From positions 41,521,786-41,585,785 of the forward strand of contig JASCQW010000162.1 in assembly GCA_030264375.1 (NCBI GenBank): a DNA stretch of 64,000 nt, given 5' to 3'. The DNA comes from Carcharhinus longimanus. Lineage: Eukaryota. The first letter of the stretch is position 1, and every line of letters begins with the position of its first letter. Positions 1 to 13,105 of this stretch are shown piece after piece. Both the position numbers and the translations under genes were made by a program. The notes under the pieces are model-generated. The model was not told the DNA's origin and did not search any database. It saw only the letters and a program-made list of their open reading frames with translations.

Positions 1-125
1 CATGCTTGCCTTCATCAGTCGAGGATTGAATACAAGAGTTAGGAAATCATGTTACAGGTACATAAAACCACGGTTAGGCCGCATTTGGAGTATTGCATGC
101 AGTTCTAGTCACCACAATATCCGAA
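1..125 (+). mobile_element. CR1-type LINE RT fragment
   Basis: Degenerate 'MLAFI.RG.EYKS...RPHLEYC.QF.SP' CR1 RT C-terminal motif. Confidence 0.7.
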
Positions 126-294
126 GGCTATGGAGGCTCCCTCAATATACTAACCTTGACCAACAATAGGTTACTTGTTTTTTTTAGAAAGGAACAGAGA
201 AGTGTTTATAAGGATAGCATTTATATTAACATTGTGCAGAAAGGGCCTATCACAAAGGCTTATTTACTGCACTTTGATAGTTTTCAGTACTTAC

Positions 295-416
295 AGCATT
301 TTTCAACGTGTATTGAGAAGTGATGTTCTCCACCTCGTCAACTGTGAAGGAATTCATGCTGAAACTACTTGGTTCAGAGTCATCATTCATTAGAAATTTG
401 TAGTATTCTTCATTAG
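295..416 (-). CDS. PER2: Period circadian protein (PER2-type), coding exon 5 (122 nt): ANEEYYKFLMNDDSEPSSFSMNSFTVDEVENITSQYTLKNA; gene continues beyond left edge
   Basis: AG acceptor at 418-417 and GTAAGT donor at 294. Frame is continuous with the 155-nt exon upstream. Peptide resembles vertebrate PER2 ANEEYYQLLM...YTVEE.E.ITSEY..KNA rather than PER1 ANQEYYQQW. Confidence 0.9.
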
Positions 417-1057
417 CTGCAGCAGAAATAAACAGCAAAATGATAATCACACAACACTATTCAAAAAAAAATGAAATGATCAGTCTCATCTTAAACGCTT
501 AAAGCCAAAAAGATATCTTCCCCTTGCTGATCCTATATGGAACATCCCTCTTGGAAATTTAAAAACAAAACTGCTGAGTATATCATAAAAGAATCCAGTC
601 AAATTGTGGGAATGACATGAAAATTAGGAGTGTACAATTGTTGTCATTAAAATGTTTTCTTCTAGGGATACGACAGCTGGTAAAGTAATGAAAGTGACTT
701 TAACTTTATCTGCCCAGTGGATAGCAGACAAGCCTGCACTTAAAATCATCCAGGTTATGAATCGGCCTTCAAGCTGTGGGAAGATGACCTGTCTTTAACC
801 TGCTCAACTAAGCAGATGGCAGCAAAATGCAGCCACAAATGGCAGATTCTCAGCACTTCATTAGGACCTGACTGCAATTTTAACGACTTTTTTTCAAAAT
901 CTCTCTCCACATAGGTGACAGCCAGCTTTTTGTTTTAATTCTACCTACCCTAATATTCTTGACAGTCTATGAAGGTAGGATACAGGTTGAGGTACTTCTC
1001 TCTTGCCCATCCTCAAAAATGTTAAAGTCTCTTAAAAATATAATATTGCAGGCATAC

Positions 1058-1212
1058 CTTTCACTTGTTTGACACATCGCAGTGCATACTTCAGTGTAGA
1101 AAGTGTCCTGGATTTTCCTTTAGTCATCTTATCAGATGGCAGGTGCCTTTTTAAGACACTCAGTGCTTTAATCAACTCTTTCTGTGTCTTTGCTTTAGCG
1201 GATTGATCGCTA
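1058..1212 (-). CDS. PER2: Period (PER2-type) coding exon 4 (155 nt): SDQSAKAKTQKELIKALSVLKRHLPSDKMTKGKSRTLSTLKYALRCVKQVK
   Basis: Canonical AG/GT boundaries (ttgcag| ... |gtatgc). Conserved PER N-terminal block; LKYALR.VKQVK is PER2-like. Confidence 0.92.
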
Positions 1213-1539
1213 CTGCAATACAAATACAAACTCACAGCTTTAGCCCTATATTTAATGTGATATTTGTAGGCAAAATTCAAGGCCATCACAAGCTATAACC
1301 AAGCAAGTTACAGAGATTAATGTACGCAACAGAAATAAAAAGGAAACTTCTCATGGTGGTCATTTCATCTGCTGATTTAGTTCATTAAATTTAAACAGGG
1401 CAAAACGTGAGAAGTTCCTGTGAGTCCATGCTGGACTATTCCACACTGCTGCATTATTGGAAAATAGTTCAGTGAATTTATTCAGAGTGATTGAGCCATG
1501 AAAGCAAGTAACTGCCCACTTTTGAAAAGTAAAAATCTA

Positions 1540-1803
1540 TTTAGTAGTCACAAATAAGGCTTACATTAACATTGTAATGAAGTTACTGTGAAATTCCCCT
1601 AGTCGCCACATTCTGGCGCCTGTTTGGATCAGCACATCTAATCAGCACATCTTTCAGAATGTGTGAGGAAACTGAAGCACCCGGAGGAAATCCATGCAAA
1701 CACAGGGAGAACATGCAAACTCCACACAGATACTGACCCAAGCCAGGAATCGAACCCAGGTCCCTGGCGCTGTAAGGCAGCAGTGCTAACCACTGTGCCA
1801 CCA
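1540..1803 (-). mobile_element. tRNA-derived HE1/V-SINE-type SINE with an alternative 3' tail
   Basis: GGTGGCACAGTGGTTAGCACTGCTGCC head, B-box GGTTCGATTCC and V-domain TGTGTGGAGTTTGCA..TTCTCC. Its tail recurs at about 10705-10765. Confidence 0.85.
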
Positions 1804-2900
1804 TCCCCTGGCTATACTGACAAATCTGCAGCCAGGCAGTATTAGTGCTGGAACTTATCACAGGTCCAGTGCGTTTGAAAAGGGGTTGGAAGGGAAGTCA
1901 AGCTCCCACTTCTTGTCACTATCTAGTGGTCCTTGCCAAAAATGTGCAATGTAGCAGCAGGTGACTATGTCAGTGCACATGTCTGACTTTCACTCCTAAA
2001 GTTCACAATGAAAAAGAAGCACTTGGATGAGTTCTTGCTCGTCACTTGAAAATTGCAAAACCAATGTCTAATAAGAGAAGTAGTAGTTCAGGAAAAGAAT
2101 GCAGAGAAAAAAAAAACCATGATGCTTAAACTGCTCTCATCAGCCTGCCAGTGTGTCTGGTGCCTTAGTAAATAGCTTACAGAAGGGATAAACCCACTAT
2201 TTGAGATGATGCAAACATCTTAAGTCAGCACACATCATGCTTCCAGGCACTGTTAAAGGGAATTTCTGATTATTAGGACAGACAATACAAATTAAAATAT
2301 CTTGCATTTTTTATTTTTTTTTACAGATTACAATTGCAAAAGACAGGTTGACCTGGGGCCAAAAAATGTTCTTACATTAAAATAGACCAATATTCATAAA
2401 TGAAACAAATACAAATTGGAATACATCAACTTGTTGACTTCACGGTAGATTACTTGCAAAGCAACTTATAATATCATTTAAAAAAGTGTGTTGCATATGT
2501 GTCATGTTTACTATCAATCCACTGTCTAACTGTAGTGGGAAGGAACAGTAAAAGAAAAAAACTATGAAGGTTTACTAGTTCTCTGACTTACAGATTGGGC
2601 TCAAATCTGACCCCTCTAAAAAAGCCTCATAGCCAAGAATCAGATATGAACTACCTCCCCCCCCCCCGCCCCAAACAAGAATTGGTACCTTATTCAGAAA
2701 GGCAATTGAAATTGAATATAGCAGCGCACTGAGCTGTTAAACAGCTTGCAGTTAAATCACATGGGTGTACAGGTTCGCGGGAGTTTACTGTGCATACATG
2801 TGATGTGCAAGTATTTGGTACCAACAGAATAACTAACATCTCTTACACTAAAGCAGCTCAAAACAATTACCAAGGGAAGTCAAGAAGAACTAGCATCTAC

Positions 2901-2999
2901 CTGCAACCACTCGTTGAGGGATTGTCTTGTTCCGAGCTAGCACTAATGAGACTGAATCCATTTGAGCTGCTGTGAAGTGACAGGCTCTGGGAATTGGAA
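2901..2999 (-). CDS. PER2: Period coding exon 3 (99 nt, not in ORF track in this frame): SNSQSLSLHSSSNGFSLISASSEQDNPSTSGCS
   Basis: tttttgcag| acceptor and |gtagat donor, phase 2 at both ends. Contains the conserved SSEQDNPSTSGCS motif of PER1/PER2. Confidence 0.9.
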
Positions 3000-4955
3000 C
3001 TGCAAAAATAAAACAAAAGCATTACTTTTATCCCCTAGGACAGTCATTATCTCTGTAATAGATGTCCAAAGCAACAACAATGTTAAAACATATTCATTAG
3101 TTACACATTTACCAAGCTTCATGCAATACGTATTACTGTTGACCAAGTTAAAAAATTAAGATAGTGTCCAAAGCTCAGAAGGGAATACGTTCAGGGGAGC
3201 GCAGAAAGGAAGAGTTTTAATTGCAGGCAACTAGAACACATGAACCGACTACCGTGGAGCTGTGATGGGAGGCACCATTCATTTCAGCCACTGGACCTTA
3301 TTAAAATGAAGGCAGTGAACTGCATACTCTCAAGAAGCATACTGGAGGGAATTCACCAGTTCTGGGCCAGCAGAATATCAAGTGGCCCAAAGGCTGACCC
3401 AGCAGGGAAAAGGTTAGACTGGGATTGTGGTAACCTGGGGCAGGAGTGGCCCATGGTATTCCTGGAGGGCCCAAAGTCGTCCTCCAGGCCCCACAGGAAT
3501 GATTTCAACACTTAGCTATTCAGATCTCTTTTGCTGTAGGACCAGGTTTCACTGAGCAGTGTCCTCAGTGGACACACAATCCAGCAAGCCATTAAAGTGA
3601 CATTTGAGTCCTGCCTGCATCATAAAAATGAAGTCATGTGACTCTCCCCTGATTTAGGCAGTGCCCTGATGATCAATAAGACCCCACATAGTAACTGAAT
3701 GGAATCAAGACACCAATTCTACTGCTACGATTTGAATCCATTATTGCCAGGTATAATGGGAGGAGGGAGTTAAAATTGAACCTTTTGTTTCATGAGAATT
3801 GGCAGTATTAACAAGATGAAAATTGCTTTCGCTGTTCCATATCACGCCACTAGTGGTGCTGAAGTGAAGCCAGAAGCTAAGCCACTTTTATCCACACACA
3901 TAATCGACATTTAACGTGGGAATTCTCAACATATTTTCTATCTTAGCAGTCAAAACACTGGACAACAAGGGACACATTATAATTTATCATTATCTTGAGT
4001 TACATTAGGGTAGTCAATATTGCAAACATTTTCATAAAGACAATACAATACAATAACAAAATCAAGGCATTATTGCTTAGTTGGAATCTGGTTTACAAAA
4101 CGAAGACTAGGTACAAGTCATAGGCAAATACAGCAAACAGTTCAACATTTTATTGAAACACTACCTATTAAAAAGAAACAGAATTTAAAGCAAAGATCTC
4201 TCACCACTGCTTTTTTTAAAAAAAGGACTGTGACAGTTTCCTGAAAAAAAAAGTGCTGCATTTGTCAAAAAAACCTGTTGAGTACTTCAGCAAAGCTATT
4301 CTTGGAACTTAAAATCTATTCACCTTCATCATAAAGCAAGGGGTAAAACAATAAACTCTCTTAGGACAGGTTTCTGCACACTTGAATCAGTGAGGGTTTT
4401 CTGGAGATTCATGATTCAGCTGCAAAGAGGAGAGATGTTATACTTATGTTTATTTCTAACAACCATGCCTTTTCTTTTGATGTGTTCCATAGTTAACCAT
4501 TTGTATCCTGTTTTTACTCATTTAGAATATCCTCCCAAAAGCAGTAAATCCCATTGATTAGGATGGGGTAATGGGTCAGGGAATGCTGTGTAGGGAATGT
4601 GCACTGGAGTACAAAGCTCTAATGCTATGGAAAATTCTCCAGGGAAGTTACTTTGTCTAGCATTTTAATTGTATGTTTGTCCAGGCATTTTGTACGTCAA
4701 TGCTAGGAATACTTCAAGTAAAAGAATGCAGGGTAGTATAATAATGTCATAATCAACATCATCCATTCAATCAGCATTTTAAATGTGCTTGTACCAAACT
4801 GACCTTATTTTTGAAGTGGCATTAGCTCATTAAGTTAGATGGGTTACCACCTTCAGTAAATAGTAGCAGAGGTTTTGTATGCAAATTACAGATAGCAATT
4901 TCTCAAAGCTCTTAAAATGCTTTTGAAATGGTTGTGATTGCAGACTCCTCCAGCA

Positions 4956-4965
4956 GTTATGTAAT
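4956..4965. promoter_or_regulatory. D-box GTTATGTAAT in Period intron 2
   Basis: Perfect consensus match; related GTTACGTGAT at 5049-5058. Confidence 0.4.
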
Positions 4966-7886
4966 ATTATTGCAGCACATATCTAACCTTGAAATCCTGC
5001 CTCAAACACAAAGCACATGTGAGCAGCAACCTGTCTTATATAATCACAGTTACGTGATCTTTTGAATGCTTCATGGCCAATACTACTAAAATCCAACTGG
5101 CGTTAGAAAGTACATAAACACAAAACCTGTACTACATTTCATTTGACAGGCCATCTTAGGGCTGGAGTATCTTGTAAAGCAAAAGAACATTCAACAACAT
5201 TTTCTACAGAGAAAAAAGTCAGAGGAAAATTGTCACATCATGCATCCTACCAGCTTCACTGCAAACTGTTGATTCACTATGTACATATTGTCTAATTAGT
5301 GATTTGGTTCTCCTTCGAGATTCTTTATAGAGGTATAAATGAACAGTTTGAATCTTATCTCAAGTTATTTATTTTAAATTTCAATACAAAGACAAGTGTG
5401 AATAGCAGCCGTTCAGACCCAGATGGTCATAGGTTATGAACTGAAACTGAGTGGTTAGGATCACAGCAGACATAGCTCATCAGCAGGTTTAGAGAGCAGA
5501 AAGCCAGTCCAGGTCCTTGCTTCCAATCATTGAGTAATGTTGGAGGGAGATATTAAATGAGCTTCAATTGTGATCCCTACTCCACTATTGGACAACTTGC
5601 TGACAGTAGATTCACAGATGTGTGTACTTGCAGAAAGGGACCCTTCCTCCATTTCCGCAAGGCAAGAAAAAGATATTTCTAAATGTATGTGTCTCGTACA
5701 AACCTAGAATTGCAGACATGTCTCAATAACCTAAAGAGATATTTAGTGAGTCAGTGGATCACATTATACCAATGACCATAACAAATAAGAATAAAACTGC
5801 AGCCTTGACAACACCAAAACAAAACAAGGTTCACTCCTTAAAAGATGCACTTTTTACCTGAACCAAAATACATTTCCTACATTTAATAGTCTCCTTTAAC
5901 TCTCTATTGTTGGTATTATATTTATTATCAGCATTAAAGATAGCATTAAACAGAGGGAAAAGAAAATGCCAAACCTCATACTGTACATCCATATTACTTT
6001 AAATACATGAGTAGAAATTACTTGGAACCAACCTGGCAGTAGGATTATTTTTTTCAAATGAGAGAGGCATGAAAGGAAGCCTCTTATTTCGGATATACAC
6101 TTCATCAAATCTTCGTTTTCTTTTCTTTGTATTAGTACTTTGAAAATTACACAGCAAATATAAGAATGTCATATTTTATAATGTGACACATAAGAGTAAA
6201 CAAAGTATATAAATATAGATACACACCATCTGAAAGCAACAGCATAGTCATGCAGCAGTTTATCTAGCATTAAAGAGGATAAACATTTAATCTGTACAAG
6301 TTATGAATATGGATTTTTCAAATTACAATTCATTTCACATTTATCTTTGATACATGCAACATGTTCAATATTGTTTGAGCAATGAAACTAACATATCTGG
6401 CAAAATTGGAAAAGTGTTAAAGATTGAGCTTTCAACTACTCGAATTTGCACAACTGAAACATTAAAAAAATAAGACTTAGGTCAAGGTGACTCATGGAAA
6501 GTGCAGGATGATCAATATTGCAACACTCAAATCAAGTTAAAAACTAGAAGGAAACAAAAGTAAAATAGTGAATCAGCACAAGAGTAGGACAAAAGTAAAA
6601 AAGTGTTTCTTTCATGATCTCCCTTGCATTATACACTGTTAAGCTGGTGGGTCACCTACACTTCTCGTCCTCCAACAACATAGCTCTGAAACCTGCTTTT
6701 AGGAAGTATGCACACAATCAACCAGATTGCCTCTACAGTTTTCCTTCCGCTTGGGAAAGTGCTTGACTTTGACTCAGCAAAGGCCAAAAACTCATCTTTT
6801 GGATGCTTGTTTGTCAGAAAGAGGAGGTGGGGAAGCTAGAGTAGTGCAATGCAACATCCCACTGCCCTGGAAACCTAAAATCAACAGGACCATAGTAATA
6901 CATTATCAAATATTCCACTGACAGGCATCAGCAAATGAAACTTGACAACACTGTCAATTGCAGAACATACTGTTAATATGTAAAAGTGCATCTGTATTGA
7001 TTTCAGTGAAAGCTTGAACTTTCATATTTATTGATTTTGATAATTACATTACATTACATATAATGCATGGAGTAGTCGGCAAGTGTCACAAAAATGCACA
7101 TCACTATATCCAACATATGCAACATGCATTAGAATGAGTGATCTGAGGGCATACAATTTGATGCATGCAGCAAAAATACACAAAACAAGATAAATTTCCA
7201 AAAGACATGAATTTCAATAGAGATATTATTCCATTATAATAAAATTATCAACTTGTACTAGTACTCCGCTAGACCTAGTTTTACAATTGTCTTCCAATGA
7301 GAATCCCATTGTGATCTTCCCGGAGTCAATGTCATAGGAAAAAGTCAATAGTTTGCCACCAGTTTTTACTTCAAAATTATAACTTTCTCATGAGCTAATA
7401 GACAAGGGACAAGTGAAATAAAAAAGAGAACATTGGAAAGTACCAACTGCATTTTTCAACATTGTTCCCATCTTTGTTTTAGAGCACTCTGGACAAATAA
7501 CAATAAAGACACTTTGAATCGATAAAAATACTACTGTAATGGTAAACCTATTCTTACTACTTCCAACATTACTTGTTCAGCTCAATGGTCAACAAAAGTG
7601 TCAAACAAAAACTAAGCAACTGCTTATCCAAGTCACTTGACAAATCACATTTTTTGAAATGCATTCAGTGTAATTCCACAATGAAACACTCAACAAGCCT
7701 AATTTCAAAATGAAAGTCCAGTATAAATTGGTGACAACATTAATAAGGTTTACAGGTGGATCAACAGGCATACATTATTGCACCACACGCAACTAAATCC
7801 CCCACTTCCGGTAACATAGCCCTTTTAAAAACTGGAGCAGCAATAGTGCTCTTTATTGCTTTAAATATAATCGTACACTATCCTAC

Positions 7887-8134
7887 CTTTTGCTGCTCTC
7901 TAATGAATCCAAGAGTAAAGCTGAATCTTTTCCATTTTGGCTGGCGCTACTGCTCGAGCTCTCTGAAAATTCATTCCCATTTGAATCAGTCCCACTTGAG
8001 CCATTGCTTTTCATCTCCACGTCATCATGCAACTGCTGCACTTCCTGATCTTGCGCTTGGTCCTGAATATTGGTGTTACTTGAATGCATGACCAACTCAG
8101 CCTCTTGGAACCCAGATTCTGAATAAGTGGCCAT
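7887..8134 (-). CDS. PER2: Period first coding exon (exon 2; acceptor at 8148 gives 14 nt of 5' UTR): MATYSESGFQ...LHDDVEMKSNGSSG...NGKDSALLLDSLESSK
   Basis: ATG at 8134-8132, pyrimidine-rich acceptor at 8150-8149, donor AG|gtagga. LHDDVEMKSNGSSG resembles PER2 LQEDV(D/E)MSSGSSG; NGKDSA motif present. Confidence 0.88.
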
Positions 8135-9459
8135 TTTGTGATGTCAGTCTAAGGAGAAAGAATAGGAAGAAACTTGTTTTTTAAAACTGTAACCAAGGTA
8201 GGGATCAGAAACATACTGTTCAGTGCTCTTCTCCTGGGGACTTGACTAAAGTTCAGTACATTTGCTTTGCGAGCAGCAAAAATAAAAAGCAACCAAAAAT
8301 TACTTTTAATGTTGATGATGACCTCTAAAAGGTCATAAAATCATCACATTATCCCAATTTTAATCCCCTCCAACTGTAATGTTTGTATAGCAGCTTCTCA
8401 TTCACCAGTGTAAATCCCCCAAAACTATCATAAAATTGTATGCTTCAAAAAGCCAAAGAACATTATTAACTCTGGTGAAGTTTCAGTCTGGAAATAGGAA
8501 TATCAGTGGATGTGGAGAAATATAGTTCCTGTTCTGTGACATCAGCCTGCAATGGAATAGCACATGAAACCACATCAATCAATGGTGAGGAATGGAACAC
8601 TCTGGATATGTCAAACATGCCAATATCAGAGAAAGCTCCATCTGATATACCTTAACACCATGCTTCAACTCCAACCGATCCCAGTGCGACACTTTACCAA
8701 TTTCCTACATCAGCCATCCCTGTGGCCAGTTTAGTTGCCAATACTTGTTCCACGTTTTGAGGAACTTCTCATTTGGAACAGATTTGAGACTGTCCAATTC
8801 ATTTCTTACCACACAAAATTTTCAGCACATCACAGTTGTGCATGAGATTTTCCCAAAACAGAAACATAGGCAAAACAAAGGGCTGCATGTACTCAATACA
8901 ATGTAAAAACTTAAAAATGCACAACCGCACAATAGCAAATATGCTTGGAATTCAGGAAGTTAACTCAAGGCAAGATTGCTTGATAGATATTACAGTACAG
9001 GAAGTGCCTCTCAGTCCACAATGCAAGTATTAGTGAAGTTATCAATCTACATTTCTCTACCCCTTCCCTGTCTGGCTTGTACTTTTCTGTTTTGAATAAA
9101 TATTTACTCATGGGGATAGGGCACAGTTCAAGGCTCTCTTACTATCATATACCAAGGGGCTGGAATCTGTGGAAAAATCCTTGGGCTGTATGCATCAGGG
9201 AATGTTCGACATGAAATGTAAGTGCCTATTGTAAACATAACCTGTAATTGTAAGTGTAGCGAGGGACTGCAGAGTGCCATATAACTATTGAAAAAAAATT
9301 GAGCTGCAATACACTATTAAATTTGAACCTTAAAATGTACTTTGAAAAAAATGTTTATTTCTTGAGGAAATATTTATCCAATTATTTTTAAAATTATATT
9401 AATCCCAAGAACAAAATGTAATCTAAATTGTAAATGGTAATTTGCAGCCCATTTAAAGG

Positions 9460-9775
9460 GAGAGAGCAGGGTAATGGCAATGTCGTTGGATCAGTAATCT
9501 AGAGGTTCAGGCAATGTGCTGGGCACATTGAATTTAAATTTCACCAGCTATTCTGATGGGATTTGAACCAATTAATAAATCTGGAATATAAAGCCTAGTC
9601 TAAGTAATGCTGACCATGATAACTGCCATTGATTGCTGTGAAAAATTTCTGGTTTATAAATGTACATTAGGGAAGGAAATCTGCCACTGACCCTCTGAAA
9701 TTGGCCTTGCAAGCCCTCAGTTCAAGGGCAATTGAGCTTGGGCAACAAATACTGACAGTGATATTCACATCCTAC
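9460..9775 (+). mobile_element. Old SINE with CR1-like GGGCAATT...GGGCAA.AAAT tail
   Basis: Tail shared with LINE 3' ends at about 15350 and about 24960. Confidence 0.55.
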
Positions 9776-9989
9776 AAAAAGGGAAATAATTGGTTGCACC
9801 CAAAAAGAATCAAATAAAACAGGTTAACCTGTTAGTTCAAATCACAGCTGTTTGATGCATGGATGACTACTGCTGCTACATTTACCCAATCATGCCAAAA
9901 ACAAAGGACTTATGTATTCCCAGATTTTTTTCTTTTGCTGAACCAATTTATTTTTCAATTCTGATGATCAAATAATCTAAGCTCTCAAA

Positions 9990-10710
9990 CCAGAATGATT
10001 CCAGAGATGAGAGGCTTGTCTTATGAAGACAGATTGAGCAGTGTGGGCCCAAACTCTAGAGTTTAGAAGAATGAGATCTATCATTGAGGTGGTGGTGAAA
10101 GGTATTGACAAAGTAGATGTAGAGCGGATGCTTCCTCTTGTGGGACAATCTAGAACAAGAGGTCATAATTTTAGGATAAGTGGTAACAGATTTAAAACAG
10201 ATGAGGAAAAACTATTTATCTCAAAAGGTCACAAATCTGTGGAATTCCCTATCCCAAAGACTGGGATACTCGGAGACACTGAGTAAATTTAATCATAGCC
10301 TCCTCTGTAGTGTAGGATTCTATTCGCTCATCGAGTCCACAATTCCTCCCAGCCCAATCCCCATGCTAGTCCCTCTGACACTAAGGGGCAATTTTGCATG
10401 GCCAATCCACCTAACTTGCACACCTTTGGACTGTGGGAGGAAACTGGAGCACCTGCAGGAAACACCCAAAGACAAGGGGAGAATGTACAAAGTTCACACA
10501 GGCAGTGGCCCAGGCTGGGAATTGAACCTGGGTCCCTGGTGCTGTAATTTAAGGAGAAGATAGACAGATTTCAAACTAGTAATGGGTTGAAGAGTTATGA
10601 AGAAAGTGGAGTTCAGATCAAGATGAGATCAGCCATTATTGTATTGAATGGCAGAGCAGACTCGATGGGCTGAGTGGCCTAATTCTGCTCCTATGTCTTA
10701 TGGTCTTACA
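9990..10710 (+). mobile_element. CR1 LINE 3' end interrupted by an antisense HE1-type SINE (10293-10545, TSD AATTTAA)
   Basis: SRTRGH..R RT-end motif and (CTTATGGT)-type tail; AATTTAA at 10286-10292 and 10546-10552. Confidence 0.8.
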
Positions 10711-12649
10711 TTAACACTGCAATGAAGTTAGTGTGAAATTCCCCCAGTTGCCACATCTAGCACCAGTTAACCCACCTACGTGCCAAAGGTGTCCAAAGAT
10801 GTGAAGGTTAAGTTGATTGGCCATGTTAAATTGTCCCTTACTGTCCCAAGATGTGTAGGCTAGGGGGATTGTGACCTAAGTATGTGGATTACAGGGATAG
10901 GATCTGGATAAGATGCTCTGTTGGAGAGTAGGTGCAGATGGCCTCTTTCAGCACTGCAGGAATTCTATGAAGTATTTTGTTTCATCTTGAAACAAACCAT
11001 TGTCTATAGAATCATTCCTGGTCCAATGATATGTTGTGTCATATGTTAAGTTAATCTATATTTCACTACTTAACCTGCAAAGGCTGAAGTCAACATTACA
11101 ACAATCTAAACAATATAAAGAGAAATCATCACAGTATAGCAGTGGACTTTAGGAAAGTCATAACAGGCAACAGTAACTATAAAGTTAAAAGACAGTTTGA
11201 CACTTTGGATGTGTAACCTTGCTTCAGAACAAATTGGTCGATTAAACGTTATATGTTAAATGTCATGGTCTGTCTTTCCCCTTTACAGATGCAGACTGTC
11301 CTACTATGTATGCCATTTTTTGTATTTTTGTAAACTGGAATTATTTCTCTAATACAATTCCAGGCAGTTTGGGTCCAGTATCACAATTCCAACAAAATAT
11401 TTTTCCCCTCTCAAAGCAGCAACTGCTGCCACAATCAAAACACATCAGCATGCAAATCCAAACAAATCCCTTATGCGTGTAGAATATTCTATGGGTAAAC
11501 ACATTCAATCGCCAAGATCAACTTTAACTTTTGATCATAACAGNNNNNNNNNNTGCTAAAACCTATTAGACAATATGCAACATATGCATTGATCAGGAAA
11601 CTTCTGTCAGTGATTCCAATCTTTGGAACACCCAGAAAACAAGCTACTGTGAACAAGGCTTAGCAATGTCTATTTTGGCAACACTAAATTGTATTGGGTG
11701 TAATTTGTAATACTGCTAGTAATTTTAATATAATCCTAGAGAAAACTACCATGGCAATACCCACCAACAGTGTGAATTATGACAAATATAGATATAACTG
11801 AAGCTAAAATATAACAAGCCAAGTATAGCACACACAGCCATTCAATCACAAGGTTATCATTCTGGATTAAGCGCTGATCCAAGGAGATTATCTGATTCTG
11901 GTAAATTAATTTAATTGCCACTTCACTCTGGGTCTATCAATCATATTTCATCTTGAATTTAACCAAATTTATAGAAATACGTTACTTCACCTTGAAGCTC
12001 CTCAAGTGATATGTACACAATGTAGTAAATCTCTACAAGACCTGATCCAATTAGGACAGAGGAATAAGGGGAGACCACAGATGCATGAAAGTTTTTCATG
12101 CTTAAACCTACAATTCTTTTAAGAAAATGCAAGCACTTGGATTTTCCACACTCATCAACCAGTAATGTAACTGCTGTTTCTGAAAATAAAACTTTTAGTA
12201 CCTAATGAACTCATTCTGCTCTATTGTGCCTGTAGCAATCATCACTTGAGCGTTGATCCACTCTCAAAGTTACAATAAAAGACAGGCAAATGTACATTTT
12301 TCTGCTGGTAACTGGAAAAGGTGATCTTACTAGTTTTATGATGTGCACTAATTACAATATCACACCTATTCATATACAGCCTAGCTGGAAAAGAAATAGA
12401 GATGTTAACATTGAAAGAAAATTGAAATTTGATGAACATTAAAAATTGGTAAGAACTTACTGAGTAGTCTGTTCTTTCTAGTCATGAATGTTACAAGCAA
12501 TCTGATGAATCTGAGCAGCTTCAAGGAAAATAGGCACAGACAGCTCTAATTACCATAATTTAACAACAGCCAGCCTCCCACTAGCAATGCTGTGAAAAAT
12601 AATGCTAACAGTACTTCACACAGTAAGAAAGTGGCAGAAGATAACTGAA

Positions 12650-12885
12650 TCCCTACAATGCAGAAGCTGGCCATTCAGCCCATTGAGTCTGCACTGACCA
12701 CAATCCCACCCAGGCTCTATTCCCATAACCCCACATATTTGTCTTGCTAATCCCTTGACACGAGTGTCAATTTAGCATAGCCAATCAAACTAATCCACAC
12801 ATCTTTGGACTGTGGGAGGAAACCGGAGCAGTCGATGGAAACCCATGCAGACACAGGGAGAATGTGCAAACTCCACACAGACAGT
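12650..12885 (-). mobile_element. HE1/V-SINE fragment
   Basis: V-domain and CR1-derived tail similar to the other copies. Confidence 0.85.
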
Positions 12886-12922
12886 GATGGTGGTGAACCC
12901 CTAATTCTAGATAGTTGCTGTC

Positions 12923-12952
12923 ATTATGTAACTAACACACACACCACACGTG
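12923..12952. promoter_or_regulatory. D-box ATTATGTAAC plus E-box CACGTG module in intron 1
   Basis: Perfect D-box at 12923-12932 and canonical E-box at 12947-12952, 14 nt apart. Confidence 0.55.
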
Positions 12953-12953
12953 T

Positions 12954-13105
12954 ATTATAAAGGCAAAATACTGCAGATGCTGGAATCTGAAACAAAAACA
13001 GAAAATGCTTGAAAAATTCAGCAAAAGGGAAACCAAGACATTGGCTCTCTCTCTCTTCACAGATGCTGTCAGGCCTGCTCAATTTTTTCCGTCATTTTGT
13101 TTTTG
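12954..13105. mobile_element. Short hairpin-shaped Penelope-like element remnant
   Basis: AAAATACTGCAGATGCTGGAATCTG... arm with an inverted partial copy; flanked by CCACA(C/T)GTGT duplication. Confidence 0.65.

Noticed and set aside
3843-3862. GCCACTAGTGGTGC as a CTCF site
   Set aside because: One base short of the core spacing.
6962-6976. AGAACATACTGTTAA as a glucocorticoid response element
   Set aside because: Second half-site lacks the invariant C.
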